Shown here in pieces: positions 8,314-17,656 of a DNA stretch of 64,000 nucleotides. Under the pieces are notes generated by a model. The model had not been told where the DNA came from. It searched no databases and saw nothing but the letters and a program-made list of their open reading frames with translations. The first letter of the stretch is position 1. Each line of letters starts with the position of its first letter. Position numbers and translations under genes: made by a program. Origin of the DNA: a virus; the IMG/VR virus record IMGVR_UViG_3300021599_000885; one strand, written 5' to 3'.

Positions 8314-9692
8314 TAAAATTTAAATCCCTCAAACGACTTTTTAGGTTTCTTGTCTTCGTAATCATTATACTCGTCATCCTGCCCAGAGTCAAGTATGTCC
8401 TTTTGGGCGGACTGTTCACAATCATACAGTCTCATCTTCGCTCTGTCAATACCCACAATGAAACGCTTGTAGATAGTTGGATCATTATAGCGATTCTTCA
8501 ACTGCTTCACCATGAGTTGTCCAAGACCTTCCAACTCTTCGGTGGAAATAAGAGCAAACATAAGGTCAGCAGTAGCAGGAAGACCGAATGATTCAGAAGT
8601 ATCAGTGAGTTCAACGTCACTACTACCGTAACCAGAGCGAGTAGTCTGGGTAGCTGATACGATTGGTACATTTGCTTCGACTGCAAGACCTCTAAGTTCT
8701 TCTGCAATTGCCTTAATATATGAATATGAATTTACAGAAAGGTTTGACTTATAGCGGGAGGAAGCACATATATTAAGGTAATCAATGAAAATAATATCAG
8801 GTCTAAATGACTTCTTAAGTGCGAGTTCATTAAGGAGTGCTTTAAAGTGCCCACTATGTGCCGATGCAGTAGGATATTCCTTAATTATAAGAGTCCCCTG
8901 AGTCTTCTTAGAAAGATTGGTAACCTTATTTTCAAATGTAGTTCTGGGAAGATCTGTTAGATCTTGGATATTGACATTGAGAAGGTTTGCATCAATACGT
9001 TCAGCAATTTTCTCTTCTGCCATCTCCATTGTAACGTAAAGCACATTGTGTCCGTTAAGCAGACAGGCGCTAGCCATATGACACATGAATAGAGACTTAC
9101 CAACACCTGTCCCAGCAAGAGCGATGTTAAGAGTCTTGTTAGGAAGACCACCTTTCGTAATCTTGTTAAAGTATTCAAGATCAAACGGTATACGATCCTC
9201 CTTACGGTGATAAGAGTCATATCTTTCCTGAAAGTCTTGTAAGTAATCATGTCCAATGTGATTATCAAATGATACCGCTAAGGCATCAGAAAGAATTGCT
9301 GGGATAGCATCACGATTCTTTTTCTCATTATTACCATCAGCGATGGTAATAGATTCCATAAGTGCTAAGTAAATGGCGCGATCACGGCACCACTTCTCTG
9401 TAGTATCTAACAACCATTGTTGATCCACAGCAGTATCATGAAGAGATCCGCTAATTTCCCTAACTTCCTTAATTTCACTTTCAGTCAGATCAGTTCTACT
9501 CTCAAGTTCAATCTTGAGTGCTTCTGTTGTAATAGCGGAACCATACTTCACAATGAAGTGAACTATCTCCTGAAAGATTACCTTTTCAGTACGCTGATCG
9601 AAGTAGTCTGGTTGAATGAAAGGAATTACTTTCCTAGAGTATTCTTCATTATAAACAAGGTTCCTAAGAATAGTGGTTTCAATCCTTTCCAT
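8313..9692 (-). CDS. gp41: Replicative DnaB-like helicase (gp41)
   Basis: Walker A AGTGVGKS; IDYLNI, SATQTTR, KQLKNRY. Confidence 0.96.
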   Translation of the reverse strand: MERIETTILRNLVYNEEYSRKVIPFIQPDYFDQRTEKVIFQEIVHFIVKYGSAITTEALKIELESRTDLTESEIKEVREISGSLHDTAVDQQWLLDTTEKWCRDRAIYLALMESITIADGNNEKKNRDAIPAILSDALAVSFDNHIGHDYLQDFQERYDSYHRKEDRIPFDLEYFNKITKGGLPNKTLNIALAGTGVGKSLFMCHMASACLLNGHNVLYVTMEMAEEKIAERIDANLLNVNIQDLTDLPRTTFENKVTNLSKKTQGTLIIKEYPTASAHSGHFKALLNELALKKSFRPDIIFIDYLNICASSRYKSNLSVNSYSYIKAIAEELRGLAVEANVPIVSATQTTRSGYGSSDVELTDTSESFGLPATADLMFALISTEELEGLGQLMVKQLKNRYNDPTIYKRFIVGIDRAKMRLYDCEQSAQKDILDSGQDDEYNDYEDKKPKKSFEGFKF

Positions 9693-10240
9693 TATAAGTA
9701 ATGCAAGTATGTACTTAACAAATATTTTGACCCACTAATAGGTGTCTTTCCCTGATGGGGAAACATCCATAGTGGGGGAAATACAACTAGAGAACCTTTG
9801 CAAGGTTTTATCTCGCAATGCTCAAAGACTGTATCCCCACCGATTTCAACGGTATTTAAATACCAGAAAAATGATAAAAATCTTCTGGCGCTAGAGTGAT
9901 TGACGACATCGACGTGTGTATCAAATCTATCATCACCATTAGGATTATACCTCTTTATCCTAAATTCTTCAAACGAATGTTTTTCTGGTAAAGGATAGTT
10001 GGAAAAGTATGTGTAATACTTATTTTTATATTCTAAGGTAGTCCTAATAAGTAGATTATGAACAACCTCACAGATTTCTCTGTTTTGAGTAAGATTTAAT
10101 TGTGTAAAATTTGGATATCCATCATTACTTACCCGTTCATGTTTATCCTGGTTTTCTTCAAAGTATGAGACCAATTGATCGCATACTTCATTGGAAAGGA
10201 CCTTTGGATAAACATGAACAAAGTCTGATAAACTACCCAT
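9692..10240 (-). CDS. 2OG-Fe(II) oxygenase (prolyl-4-hydroxylase-like)
   Basis: HVD (HxD) ... YLN ... GGDTVF ... FPPLWMFPHQG ... KY. Confidence 0.9.
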   Translation of the reverse strand: MGSLSDFVHVYPKVLSNEVCDQLVSYFEENQDKHERVSNDGYPNFTQLNLTQNREICEVVHNLLIRTTLEYKNKYYTYFSNYPLPEKHSFEEFRIKRYNPNGDDRFDTHVDVVNHSSARRFLSFFWYLNTVEIGGDTVFEHCEIKPCKGSLVVFPPLWMFPHQGKTPISGSKYLLSTYLHYL

Positions 10241-11237
10241 AAGAGAATTGTTCCTTCGCTATAGCATCAAGTTGCTGCATTACTTCTGGGGTGAAATACT
10301 GCTCTGGGTCTTTGAGGATTGCTTTAGCGTAGACTTTTTTTCCATCAATTTCATACCGACCTGCGACATTCTTCCAGAGACCGCCCAGTTCACCGAGTTC
10401 AAGAAGACCGTAATAACGATCAAGACCACGCTCATCGTAATAGAGACGCACTTCCACATTTTGGTTCTCCTTGCTTAAACGTGACTTAGCAGTCTTAGCC
10501 TTGATAATGTTTCCAACGATTTCTGTTCCGTCTTTCTCCTTCTTCTTACTGAGATGAATGATAGTAGAAGCGGCATACTTAAGACCGCTACCACCACCCA
10601 TTTCTTTTGTAGGAACGTAAGCGCCAATAACATCGTAGGTGTGGTTGGTTACAATCATTGGAATGTTTGCCTGACCCAACTTGAGTGTGAGCATACGGAA
10701 AGCACCTTTGATAAGTTGGGATTTGGTCATGTCCCGAACTTGTTTATCGTTCAGTGCGTCAGTGATCTCTTTCTCTGTGGAAAGCATACCCAGAGAGTCT
10801 AACACAAACATGCAGGGTTTGCGTTCTTCTAAAGGTTTTTTTAAGTAAATGTCCACTGCCTTGAGTGCCTTGCTACGGAACTCCTCAACAGTCACAACAT
10901 TAACTACAACTAACCGATTGAGGTCAATACCCCTAGATTCGAGAAGGGATTTGTTAACAGCAGCTTCAGTGTCGAAATAGAGGCAATAACCATCAGGGTT
11001 GGTATCAAGAAAATTCTTAACCACAGCGAGAGAGAAGAAAGTCTTTCCAGTAGAAGACTCTCCAGCAATAGCAGTAATCTTATTCCCAGATACACCACCA
11101 AAAATACTACCTGAGACCAGTGCGTTAAAAATGAACGAACCTGTGTCAACGTAAGTTTCTGTTTCGTCGATGTCTGCAGCAAGTTTGGTATAGTCATCCC
11201 CAATCTCTTTTACAATATCTTTTAAAAAATCCATCAC
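10233..11237 (-). CDS. uvsX: RecA-like recombinase UvsX
   Basis: AGESSTGKT Walker A; FDTE; VLDSLGML; MGGGSGLKYAAS. Confidence 0.95.
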   Translation of the reverse strand: MMDFLKDIVKEIGDDYTKLAADIDETETYVDTGSFIFNALVSGSIFGGVSGNKITAIAGESSTGKTFFSLAVVKNFLDTNPDGYCLYFDTEAAVNKSLLESRGIDLNRLVVVNVVTVEEFRSKALKAVDIYLKKPLEERKPCMFVLDSLGMLSTEKEITDALNDKQVRDMTKSQLIKGAFRMLTLKLGQANIPMIVTNHTYDVIGAYVPTKEMGGGSGLKYAASTIIHLSKKKEKDGTEIVGNIIKAKTAKSRLSKENQNVEVRLYYDERGLDRYYGLLELGELGGLWKNVAGRYEIDGKKVYAKAILKDPEQYFTPEVMQQLDAIAKEQFSYG

Positions 11238-11398
11238 GCTACCATCCCGTATTGTTCACGAAGTATTTTTTTATAAGGCAGGTCTTGCTCACGCAATTCC
11301 TTTACCAGTTTGAGTTTTTGATACAATGCAGTATCACCACCAAGAGCCATTGCTTTTACAATAGTAGCAAGCTCATTGTCGTTAATAGGAAGATCCAT
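11234..11398 (-). CDS. Small hypothetical protein (54 aa)
   Basis: Manual translation MDLPINDNELATIVKAMALGGDTALYQKLKLVKELRE...; fills the gp43-uvsX gap with coupled start and stop. Confidence 0.7.
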   Translation of the reverse strand: MDLPINDNELATIVKAMALGGDTALYQKLKLVKELREQDLPYKKILREQYGMVA

Positions 11399-13899
11399 TA
11401 AAAGAAAAATGATTCAAGGTTTACAGTTTTTTCGACAGACCATCCAATCGAATCTAGGATAGACTTGAGTGGCTCTACGAAACTCTTTTCAAATTGTAGG
11501 TCATAGTCGATGTACTTGTCAAGACCAAGTTCCTTAGGAAAGTCTTGAATGAAGGAGATAATGTTCTCCTGGATGATATTTGGTTTTTTCAAATAGAGAA
11601 ACTTAATTTTTTCTCCATTACCAATAAGTGAATATTTATTGGTTAGTTTTTTGTCTTTCACATAATGATTAAACAGCAGTGCTCCACGAATGTGAATCGG
11701 AGTTCCCTTCATATAAATGTCCGATGAAGAATGATATTTTCGAACATCAGATGCTGTCCTTGGAAAAGCGATAGATTCTGGAGGAAGTGTCTTGAATTCA
11801 CGGCGACATTGTTCGATAAATTCAATAACCTCATCTTCAGTTCCGTTCATCATGAGTTTTAGACCATCCTTAATCATCTGACGGCAAGGAGCAGGTGTAG
11901 AAGACTTCACTGCTTCAATGCCCATCATCTTCAGTTTGGGTTCATTGTATTGAACACCCTCACTGTTCCATACGTTGAGAATGTATCGCTTCTTTGCGGT
12001 CCAAATACCACGTTCAGCGATATTCTCACGCTTCATCTGCATTTTTTGTTCATATGCCGAAACGTAATCCGCAAGTTCCTGATAACTGGATTCGATGAAT
12101 GGTTCCAACTTGTCGTGACAGATCTTATCAAGTATGGAAACAATCGCTGCTTTATCGTCAGACTTATTACCAAAAAATTTAGTAACAAGAGGTCCCATAT
12201 TAAGATAGATTGAATCGGTATCCGATGCAATAACATAGTCTACTTCTTCAGTTTGCAAAAGTTTATTTAGATATGTATTTACTTTATTCTCAATCCAACG
12301 AATAGAGACTTGCCCAGAGAGTGTAATCGCTTCTGCGTTTGCGAGTTTGTAATATCTAAAATACTGGTTACCAATAGCGCCATAAGCAGAGTTCAATTGG
12401 ATCTTGCGAGCCATCTGAATGTTGTTGCATCTTGCAATTTCCTTTTCAAGATCCTTTGTCTTTTTCTTTTCATACTCCTGCTTTGCTGCAAGCATTTTCT
12501 TCTTAAAGATAGTTCGATCCTTATAGATCTTTTCCATCAGTTCTGGAAGAAAACCACGAACATCTTTGCGGAACATAGCACCATTAGCACAAACGGCATA
12601 GTCCTTATACAACTCAAAAGTAAGATCTTGATTAAGAATCTTATCTACAGTAGCAGAAGGATGCCTTTCGTCCAGAAGAGTTTCTGGTGATATGTTGTAT
12701 TGCATAATCAGGTGAGGATATAGTGAGTTCAAGTCAAAACTCACAACCCAGTCATACTTTCCAGGAATCGGTTCCTTCACATAGGCACCAGCATACTTAG
12801 AATCCTTATCAGAACGTTCCTTTGGGGGAATAACGATATTCCTTTGCTTCAGATAGTTGTAAATAATGGTATCCCACATACGGACTTGTGAGAATACATC
12901 AGCATAGTTTGCCTTAGCGTCATAAGCCATAGTGACGGCAAGTTCAATAAGTTTCATCTTGTCTTCCATACGGTCAACAAGTTCCACGTCAATGATGTTG
13001 TACTCTACAAACTTTTGCCAACCGTGCGTATAAAAGTCCTTGAAAGTATCAAATTCACTGTGATCCAGTTTTTTCTTACCAAGTTCTACACTTGCAATGT
13101 AATCTAGACGATACGATTCCTGTGCTTTATACGTGAACTTTTTATAAAGCTGAAGATAATCAAGTTGAGTGATACCACCAACATCATAGGAAATGTGTTT
13201 GCGACCAGCAATAAAAGTTTCTCTTTCAGTAACTAGACCCCAAGGTGATAGTCTTTTCATCAACTTTTCACCAAGAATTCTATCAATACGTCTTACTAGG
13301 TAAGGAATATCATACAGTTCACTGTTCCACCCAGTTACAACTTCTGGAGTATTTTGCTCAATCATCCACCAGTTGATAAAATCATCCAGCAACTCATACT
13401 CTGTCCTAAAACCCTTATAGATCACATTATCTTGTTTATTTGAAAATGAACCCTTACCCCAAGTACGAATTTGTTTAGTTGCATAGTCCTGGATAGTAAT
13501 AAGAAGTACTTCCTCAGCAGCAGATTCTACATCAGGAAATCCATTCTCCGATGCAACCTCAATGTCCAATGTTGTGATTTTGATTTTATTTGTATCAAAC
13601 TTAATCTCCTCTTCAGGATACATCTCAGAAATATACTGGTAAATATATCCAGTATTTCCATAGATTTTAAAGTTTTCTACCCCCTCATACTTTTTGATGA
13701 ACTCACGACAGTCACGAACACATCCTGGTTGAACTGCCTCCACATAATCACCAGTCAGAGTTTGATATTTGGTTTTTTTGTTTGCGGGGACAAAAAGGGT
13801 CGGGTTGAACTTCTCACGAGTCATGAAGTGTTTACCATCTTCATAACCACGAACCAAGAAGTGGTCCCCGACCATTTGGACGTTTGTATAAAAGCGCAT
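11398..13899 (-). CDS. gp43: Family B DNA polymerase (gp43)
   Basis: Exonuclease DIE; SFDLNSLYP, KIQLNSAYG, ASDTDS. Confidence 0.97.
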   Translation of the reverse strand: MRFYTNVQMVGDHFLVRGYEDGKHFMTREKFNPTLFVPANKKTKYQTLTGDYVEAVQPGCVRDCREFIKKYEGVENFKIYGNTGYIYQYISEMYPEEEIKFDTNKIKITTLDIEVASENGFPDVESAAEEVLLITIQDYATKQIRTWGKGSFSNKQDNVIYKGFRTEYELLDDFINWWMIEQNTPEVVTGWNSELYDIPYLVRRIDRILGEKLMKRLSPWGLVTERETFIAGRKHISYDVGGITQLDYLQLYKKFTYKAQESYRLDYIASVELGKKKLDHSEFDTFKDFYTHGWQKFVEYNIIDVELVDRMEDKMKLIELAVTMAYDAKANYADVFSQVRMWDTIIYNYLKQRNIVIPPKERSDKDSKYAGAYVKEPIPGKYDWVVSFDLNSLYPHLIMQYNISPETLLDERHPSATVDKILNQDLTFELYKDYAVCANGAMFRKDVRGFLPELMEKIYKDRTIFKKKMLAAKQEYEKKKTKDLEKEIARCNNIQMARKIQLNSAYGAIGNQYFRYYKLANAEAITLSGQVSIRWIENKVNTYLNKLLQTEEVDYVIASDTDSIYLNMGPLVTKFFGNKSDDKAAIVSILDKICHDKLEPFIESSYQELADYVSAYEQKMQMKRENIAERGIWTAKKRYILNVWNSEGVQYNEPKLKMMGIEAVKSSTPAPCRQMIKDGLKLMMNGTEDEVIEFIEQCRREFKTLPPESIAFPRTASDVRKYHSSSDIYMKGTPIHIRGALLFNHYVKDKKLTNKYSLIGNGEKIKFLYLKKPNIIQENIISFIQDFPKELGLDKYIDYDLQFEKSFVEPLKSILDSIGWSVEKTVNLESFFF

Positions 13900-14153
13900 T
13901 ATGCTGTTAGTTCAAGATACTTTTCAATAACTTCTTCTGTTGGGTCTGCGATGGTTAGAATATCTTCCGACCGAATCATTAATTCTCTCTGATTTGTTGC
14001 CTTTGGCCAAGGAATCATATCATCAATTGTCTTGAATAGATATGGGTTAATCAACCTACAGTTTGGATCACCTAACTGAGCATCAACCTCAATAACCTCA
14101 CTGATAATAACATTATCAACGTCCATTAGCAAGCACTTAATCGACTTGTCCAT
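13899..14153 (-). CDS. Hypothetical protein (possible Sm-like small beta fold)
   Basis: Coupled ORF; similar layout to the upstream ORF (LINPY...PW...ILTIADP). Confidence 0.7.
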   Translation of the reverse strand: MDKSIKCLLMDVDNVIISEVIEVDAQLGDPNCRLINPYLFKTIDDMIPWPKATNQRELMIRSEDILTIADPTEEVIEKYLELTA

Positions 14154-14451
14154 TTACTTTCTCCTGATACATTTCAATAATAGAATTTAGTGGTTCAACA
14201 ATAGTTACAATCCAGTCTGGAGTGACGAGAACATCTTCATCTTCGGTCAACAGAATCCATGGAGACAATGTAATCTCTACATTTCTATCATCAATAGCAT
14301 TCTCATCTTCAGTAAGAAGAAGAGTTCTATTCACCTGAACCTTATGTGGTTTATTGAAAACGTAACCACGGACGCTATCTTCAGATACAAGTTCTTTTAT
14401 ATCAGAAACAACTTGTTCACCAGACTTCAATAATACAAGTTTGATTGACAT
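14137..14451 (-). CDS. Hypothetical protein (possible Sm-like small beta fold)
   Basis: IKLVLLKSGEQVV...LSPWILL...IVTIVEP; GAGGAG RBS. Confidence 0.75.
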   Translation of the reverse strand: MSIKLVLLKSGEQVVSDIKELVSEDSVRGYVFNKPHKVQVNRTLLLTEDENAIDDRNVEITLSPWILLTEDEDVLVTPDWIVTIVEPLNSIIEMYQEKVNGQVD

Positions 14452-14473
14452 TAATTACTCAACTCCTCAAGTC

Positions 14474-14502
14474 ATTCTACCAATAAAAAGGGGAGGTGTC
14501 AA
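14474..14502 (-). promoter_or_regulatory. Sigma70-type promoter for the gp43 operon
   Basis: TTGACA (14502-14497), 17 nt spacer, TAGAAT (14479-14474). Confidence 0.8.
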
Positions 14503-14526
14503 CTGGATTGTGCCAGTTACCTCCCC
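14484..14526 (-). terminator. Rho-independent terminator after hsp20
   Basis: GGGGAGGTAACTGG...CCAGTTGACACCTCCCC followed by TTTTT. Confidence 0.75.
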
Positions 14527-14553
14527 GTCTGCGCCGACGATATTCGATACTAT

Positions 14554-14988
14554 TTAGAGATAGTCCTTACGTGCGTGATGTTCTGGAACTACTTTCCCAA
14601 GTACGATCCGTAGAAGTCCGTCTTCGAATACAACTTCCCCGACTTCTGTGTCGTCGGATAGAGTCCACGCTCGTTTAAAACTTCTGCTAGCCACTCCCTT
14701 GTGGATAAACGTCCGTTCCGAGTCGGCATCCACTTTTTGTCCTTCGACAAAAAGCTTTCCATATTCCGTGAAAACATTGACTTCTCCTTTCTTAAAACCT
14801 GCGAGTGCAATTTCTAAATGCGACTCTACGTTATTTACCTGAATAAGGTTATAAGGTGGATAATTTGTTGAAGTTTCGTGAAGATTAAAGATACGATCAA
14901 AGTATTCATCCATACCAATACTGTTTCTTGTGATCCTTTCCATCAGGGCAGGAAGATCCGCAGCAGTATACCTTGTGAGGTTGGTCAT
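14554..14988 (-). CDS. hsp20: Small heat-shock protein (Hsp20/IbpA-like)
   Basis: NYPPYNL, EIALAGF, HKGVASRSFKRAW, FEDGLLRI. Confidence 0.95.
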   Translation of the reverse strand: MTNLTRYTAADLPALMERITRNSIGMDEYFDRIFNLHETSTNYPPYNLIQVNNVESHLEIALAGFKKGEVNVFTEYGKLFVEGQKVDADSERTFIHKGVASRSFKRAWTLSDDTEVGEVVFEDGLLRIVLGKVVPEHHARKDYL

Positions 14989-15065
14989 TATAGTAGCTCC
15001 TTTAAAAGCGAGTTTGTGTTGTGTGGACCCTTACGGCATCCACTACTAATTATACAAGAAAACAT

Positions 15066-15088
15066 AAAAAAGGGAGTGTTGAACTCCC
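15066..15088 (-). terminator. Rho-independent terminator after regA
   Basis: GGGAGT-TCAAC-ACTCCC followed by TTTTTT. Confidence 0.7.
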
Positions 15089-15095
15089 TACAGAA

Positions 15096-15536
15096 TCATT
15101 CGGTTTCTTCTGCTCTCTTCTTCTTAGAACCAATGTTGTACTTGGTTTCCAGAATCCAGTCACCCTTGTCCTTATAAGCAAGAACTTTGATTTGATTCAG
15201 TGGAGCAATGTCTTGAATCTTAGTAACATCCACAATCTCAATCAAACCCCAGTCAGCAAGAAGTTGGGCAATACGATTGCGACGCTGGACATCATTCGCA
15301 GTAAGGTTTGCGTGCTTACCATCAAGGGCAAACAGTTCCTTAAAGTGAACCAGATAGTATCTGCCTTGCTTATGAAGAATATGGCAAGACTGATAGATTT
15401 TCTTTTCTTTTCTTGAAGCGACTCCAATACGAGTCAAAGTTTCACGCACTTTCAAAAAGTCGTCTGGTTCGTTAAGAACCACTTCAACCATTTGTTCAGG
15501 CGACCACTTCACTTCAGGTTCTTGAACGACACTCAT
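15096..15536 (-). CDS. regA: Translational repressor RegA
   Basis: DDFLKVRETLTRIGVAS...QSCHILHKQGRYYLVHFKELF. Confidence 0.96.
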   Translation of the reverse strand: MSVVQEPEVKWSPEQMVEVVLNEPDDFLKVRETLTRIGVASRKEKKIYQSCHILHKQGRYYLVHFKELFALDGKHANLTANDVQRRNRIAQLLADWGLIEIVDVTKIQDIAPLNQIKVLAYKDKGDWILETKYNIGSKKKRAEETE

Positions 15537-15913
15537 TTTGTTCCTCCAGTTTCAAATTTCGATTTAATAAAATTAAGTTGTTCTTCTGTAAGAATCCTCA
15601 AAGCTTGTTTTGCCTTTTCATTACTATAACCATAATAACGTTTGACATAATCAAGATCTTTGATTTTATCTTGTCGGAGCCAGGGAGAAAATCTCTTCTT
15701 TTTCCTCAGACTATTTAGATAAAAATCATATTGCAGTTTTTTGGGGAGGAAATGATACCTGTTGAGTTCATTAGCAAACAACACAGAATCCAAGTGCCCA
15801 GAGAAACAACGGTTGATAATATAAGGAGGATATTCCTTCTCAAGTGAAGGGTCTTCGTCAATCAGATTCTCTTTCGTCTGATTGATCGAGTTTAACCAGT
15901 CCTTCAATTCCAT
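15533..15913 (-). CDS. gp62: Clamp loader small subunit (gp62)
   Basis: Likely start MELKDWLNSIN; YPPYIINR, KRFSPW, YYGYSNEKA; lies directly before regA. Confidence 0.9.
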   Translation of the reverse strand: MELKDWLNSINQTKENLIDEDPSLEKEYPPYIINRCFSGHLDSVLFANELNRYHFLPKKLQYDFYLNSLRKKKRFSPWLRQDKIKDLDYVKRYYGYSNEKAKQALRILTEEQLNFIKSKFETGGTK

Positions 15914-16730
15914 AATTAAAAAGTAGTAGTTCTTTACGTTTCTTTTGCTCTCGCATATATTCACCAACTGACCTCATTGTATAAGTAAGGTCAAACTCGG
16001 CAGCATTCCAATTCTTAAAACGGTCTTTTACAAGTTGGTCAGAGTTGTAACTCACCAACTGATCCATATCGTTAGAGTCGCAGTCAGCAGCAAACTTATC
16101 GTGATCAAATCCTTTGTGCATTGATCCCTTGTTCCCATAGAGATTATCCTTAATATCGTAAGGAGGGTCAAGATACATAAACGCACCTTTGTTTCCATCC
16201 ATCAGATAATCGTAGGAATAGTTAGTTATACGCCAATTTTCGATTATCTTAGAATACCCAGGCAACTTTTCAATCCCGCGCATACTGAAGTTGGATACGC
16301 TTGCCTGTTGTGAAAATGATGAACTCTCTGTGAGCCCACTAAAAGAGCACTTATTAACAACATAAAAAGCCACAGCACGCTCAATGCTAGGCACATCTTG
16401 GTCATTGACTTTCTCCTTGGAGGAAAGGAATAAATCTTTTGCTGACTCTGGTGTATTGTTTGATGTCTTTAACTCTACCAACCTATCTTTCATATCGACC
16501 CCAAACATCTGCAGTTGCTGCCAGAAGTTTACAAGGGGTTCGTATAAATCATTCACCCAAATATTTAACGAGGGATATTTCTTGGTGATATAAATCGCAA
16601 CACTTCCTCCTCCAAGGAATGGTTCACGGAACTCATCATAGTTACGAAGGTCTGGAAAGTAAGATCCCATCTTTTCACAAGCACGGGACTTACCGCCTGG
16701 GTAGCGTAACGGTGTTTTAAGAGACTTCAT
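15858..16730 (-). CDS. dam: DNA adenine methyltransferase (D12 class, Dam-like)
   Basis: LRYPGGKS, EPFLGGGS, NDL, YLDPPY. Confidence 0.92.
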   Translation of the reverse strand: MKSLKTPLRYPGGKSRACEKMGSYFPDLRNYDEFREPFLGGGSVAIYITKKYPSLNIWVNDLYEPLVNFWQQLQMFGVDMKDRLVELKTSNNTPESAKDLFLSSKEKVNDQDVPSIERAVAFYVVNKCSFSGLTESSSFSQQASVSNFSMRGIEKLPGYSKIIENWRITNYSYDYLMDGNKGAFMYLDPPYDIKDNLYGNKGSMHKGFDHDKFAADCDSNDMDQLVSYNSDQLVKDRFKNWNAAEFDLTYTMRSVGEYMREQKKRKELLLFNYGIEGLVKLDQSDERESD

Positions 16731-17245
16731 ACTGTTTCCTCAATCAAATTATAAAGTTTAGTAGCGAAGTCTTCCTTCTCTACCGGAATTACATTCTTAG
16801 CAAGAAATGTAATATCATCAAAATGAACTCTGAAAGAAATATTAGTGTCTTTGATGTTCGTATGCTTCATACAAGAATCCCAATCACAAATACCAATGGT
16901 ATAAGTTTTAGTATCCCACAATAGCATATAATCAAAAGTTTTTTCAGGCAAACCTAAACTTTTACCTTGAAAATTTTTTAAAGTTATTTCTTTCGTCCAC
17001 GGAATAGTTTTACAAAAGAGACCATCCTTTCCCTTTGATTCGTAATAAAGATTATCAACCAGACCATAAAAGTCTCTACCATTTTCTTTATCACCAACAT
17101 ACTGAAGTTGACCGCCACTATACTTAGCAATAGCAATCTCTTGAACTTCTGCTCGTAGAGGTCTAGTTTGATTTCTTTTTAGTCCATCAGTAGATTTAAC
17201 TACACCAAAAATAGAAGAAAAATCAAACAGTTTGGGATTGATCAT
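16727..17245 (-). CDS. Hypothetical protein, candidate PD-(D/E)xK endonuclease
   Basis: E...GRDF-x9-ESK spacing; translationally coupled to dam. Confidence 0.5.
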   Translation of the reverse strand: MINPKLFDFSSIFGVVKSTDGLKRNQTRPLRAEVQEIAIAKYSGGQLQYVGDKENGRDFYGLVDNLYYESKGKDGLFCKTIPWTKEITLKNFQGKSLGLPEKTFDYMLLWDTKTYTIGICDWDSCMKHTNIKDTNISFRVHFDDITFLAKNVIPVEKEDFATKLYNLIEETV

Positions 17246-17441
17246 AATCTTTAGGGTGATACTTCAAGTATTCAAGGAAGGTCATTTTCATTTCCTTGTG
17301 AGTCATACCGCAATGTTTTGCGGCAGCAGGTAGAGTCATTTTAGCACGAAACAATGCTTCATTTGCTTCTTGGACATTTTCTGGTGTAGTCTTCACTTTT
17401 TCTTCTACCAACTTACTCTTATCAATTTTAAGAAGTCCCAT
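17223..17441 (-). CDS. Small protein with HTH-like segment
   Basis: MTLPAAAKHCGMTHKEMK. Confidence 0.65.
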   Translation of the reverse strand: MGLLKIDKSKLVEEKVKTTPENVQEANEALFRAKMTLPAAAKHCGMTHKEMKMTFLEYLKYHPKDYDQSQTV

Positions 17442-17656
17442 TACTCAAACTCCCTAGAAGCATTAAACTTTTTTGCGGGTGGTGTATAAGGAGGAATAAC
17501 CTCACAAGTCACATGAATATCAGCACCGTTGGTTGCCTCAGCCATTTGGCGATATCCAGACCCAACATAAATCTGTCCGCCAACTACGGCAACCGCCATA
17601 GCACCCCAGAAAATGTAATACCACTTGGACTTTACTTGATGTTGTTTGTTTTTCAT
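17441..17656 (-). CDS. Small single-pass membrane protein
   Basis: WYYIFWGAMAVAVVGGQIYVG. Confidence 0.7.
   Translation of the reverse strand: MKNKQHQVKSKWYYIFWGAMAVAVVGGQIYVGSGYRQMAEATNGADIHVTCEVIPPYTPPAKKFNASREFE

Noticed and set aside
11398-13899. Inteins or introns in gp43 (also considered for gp41, gp17, gp20, gp23, gp46, uvsW)
   Set aside because: Lengths are normal, motifs are contiguous and no intein splice motifs were seen.
15858-15913. dam/gp62 56-nt overlap as a programmed frameshift
   Set aside because: Both genes are complete with their own start and stop; a simple C-terminal overlap explains it.
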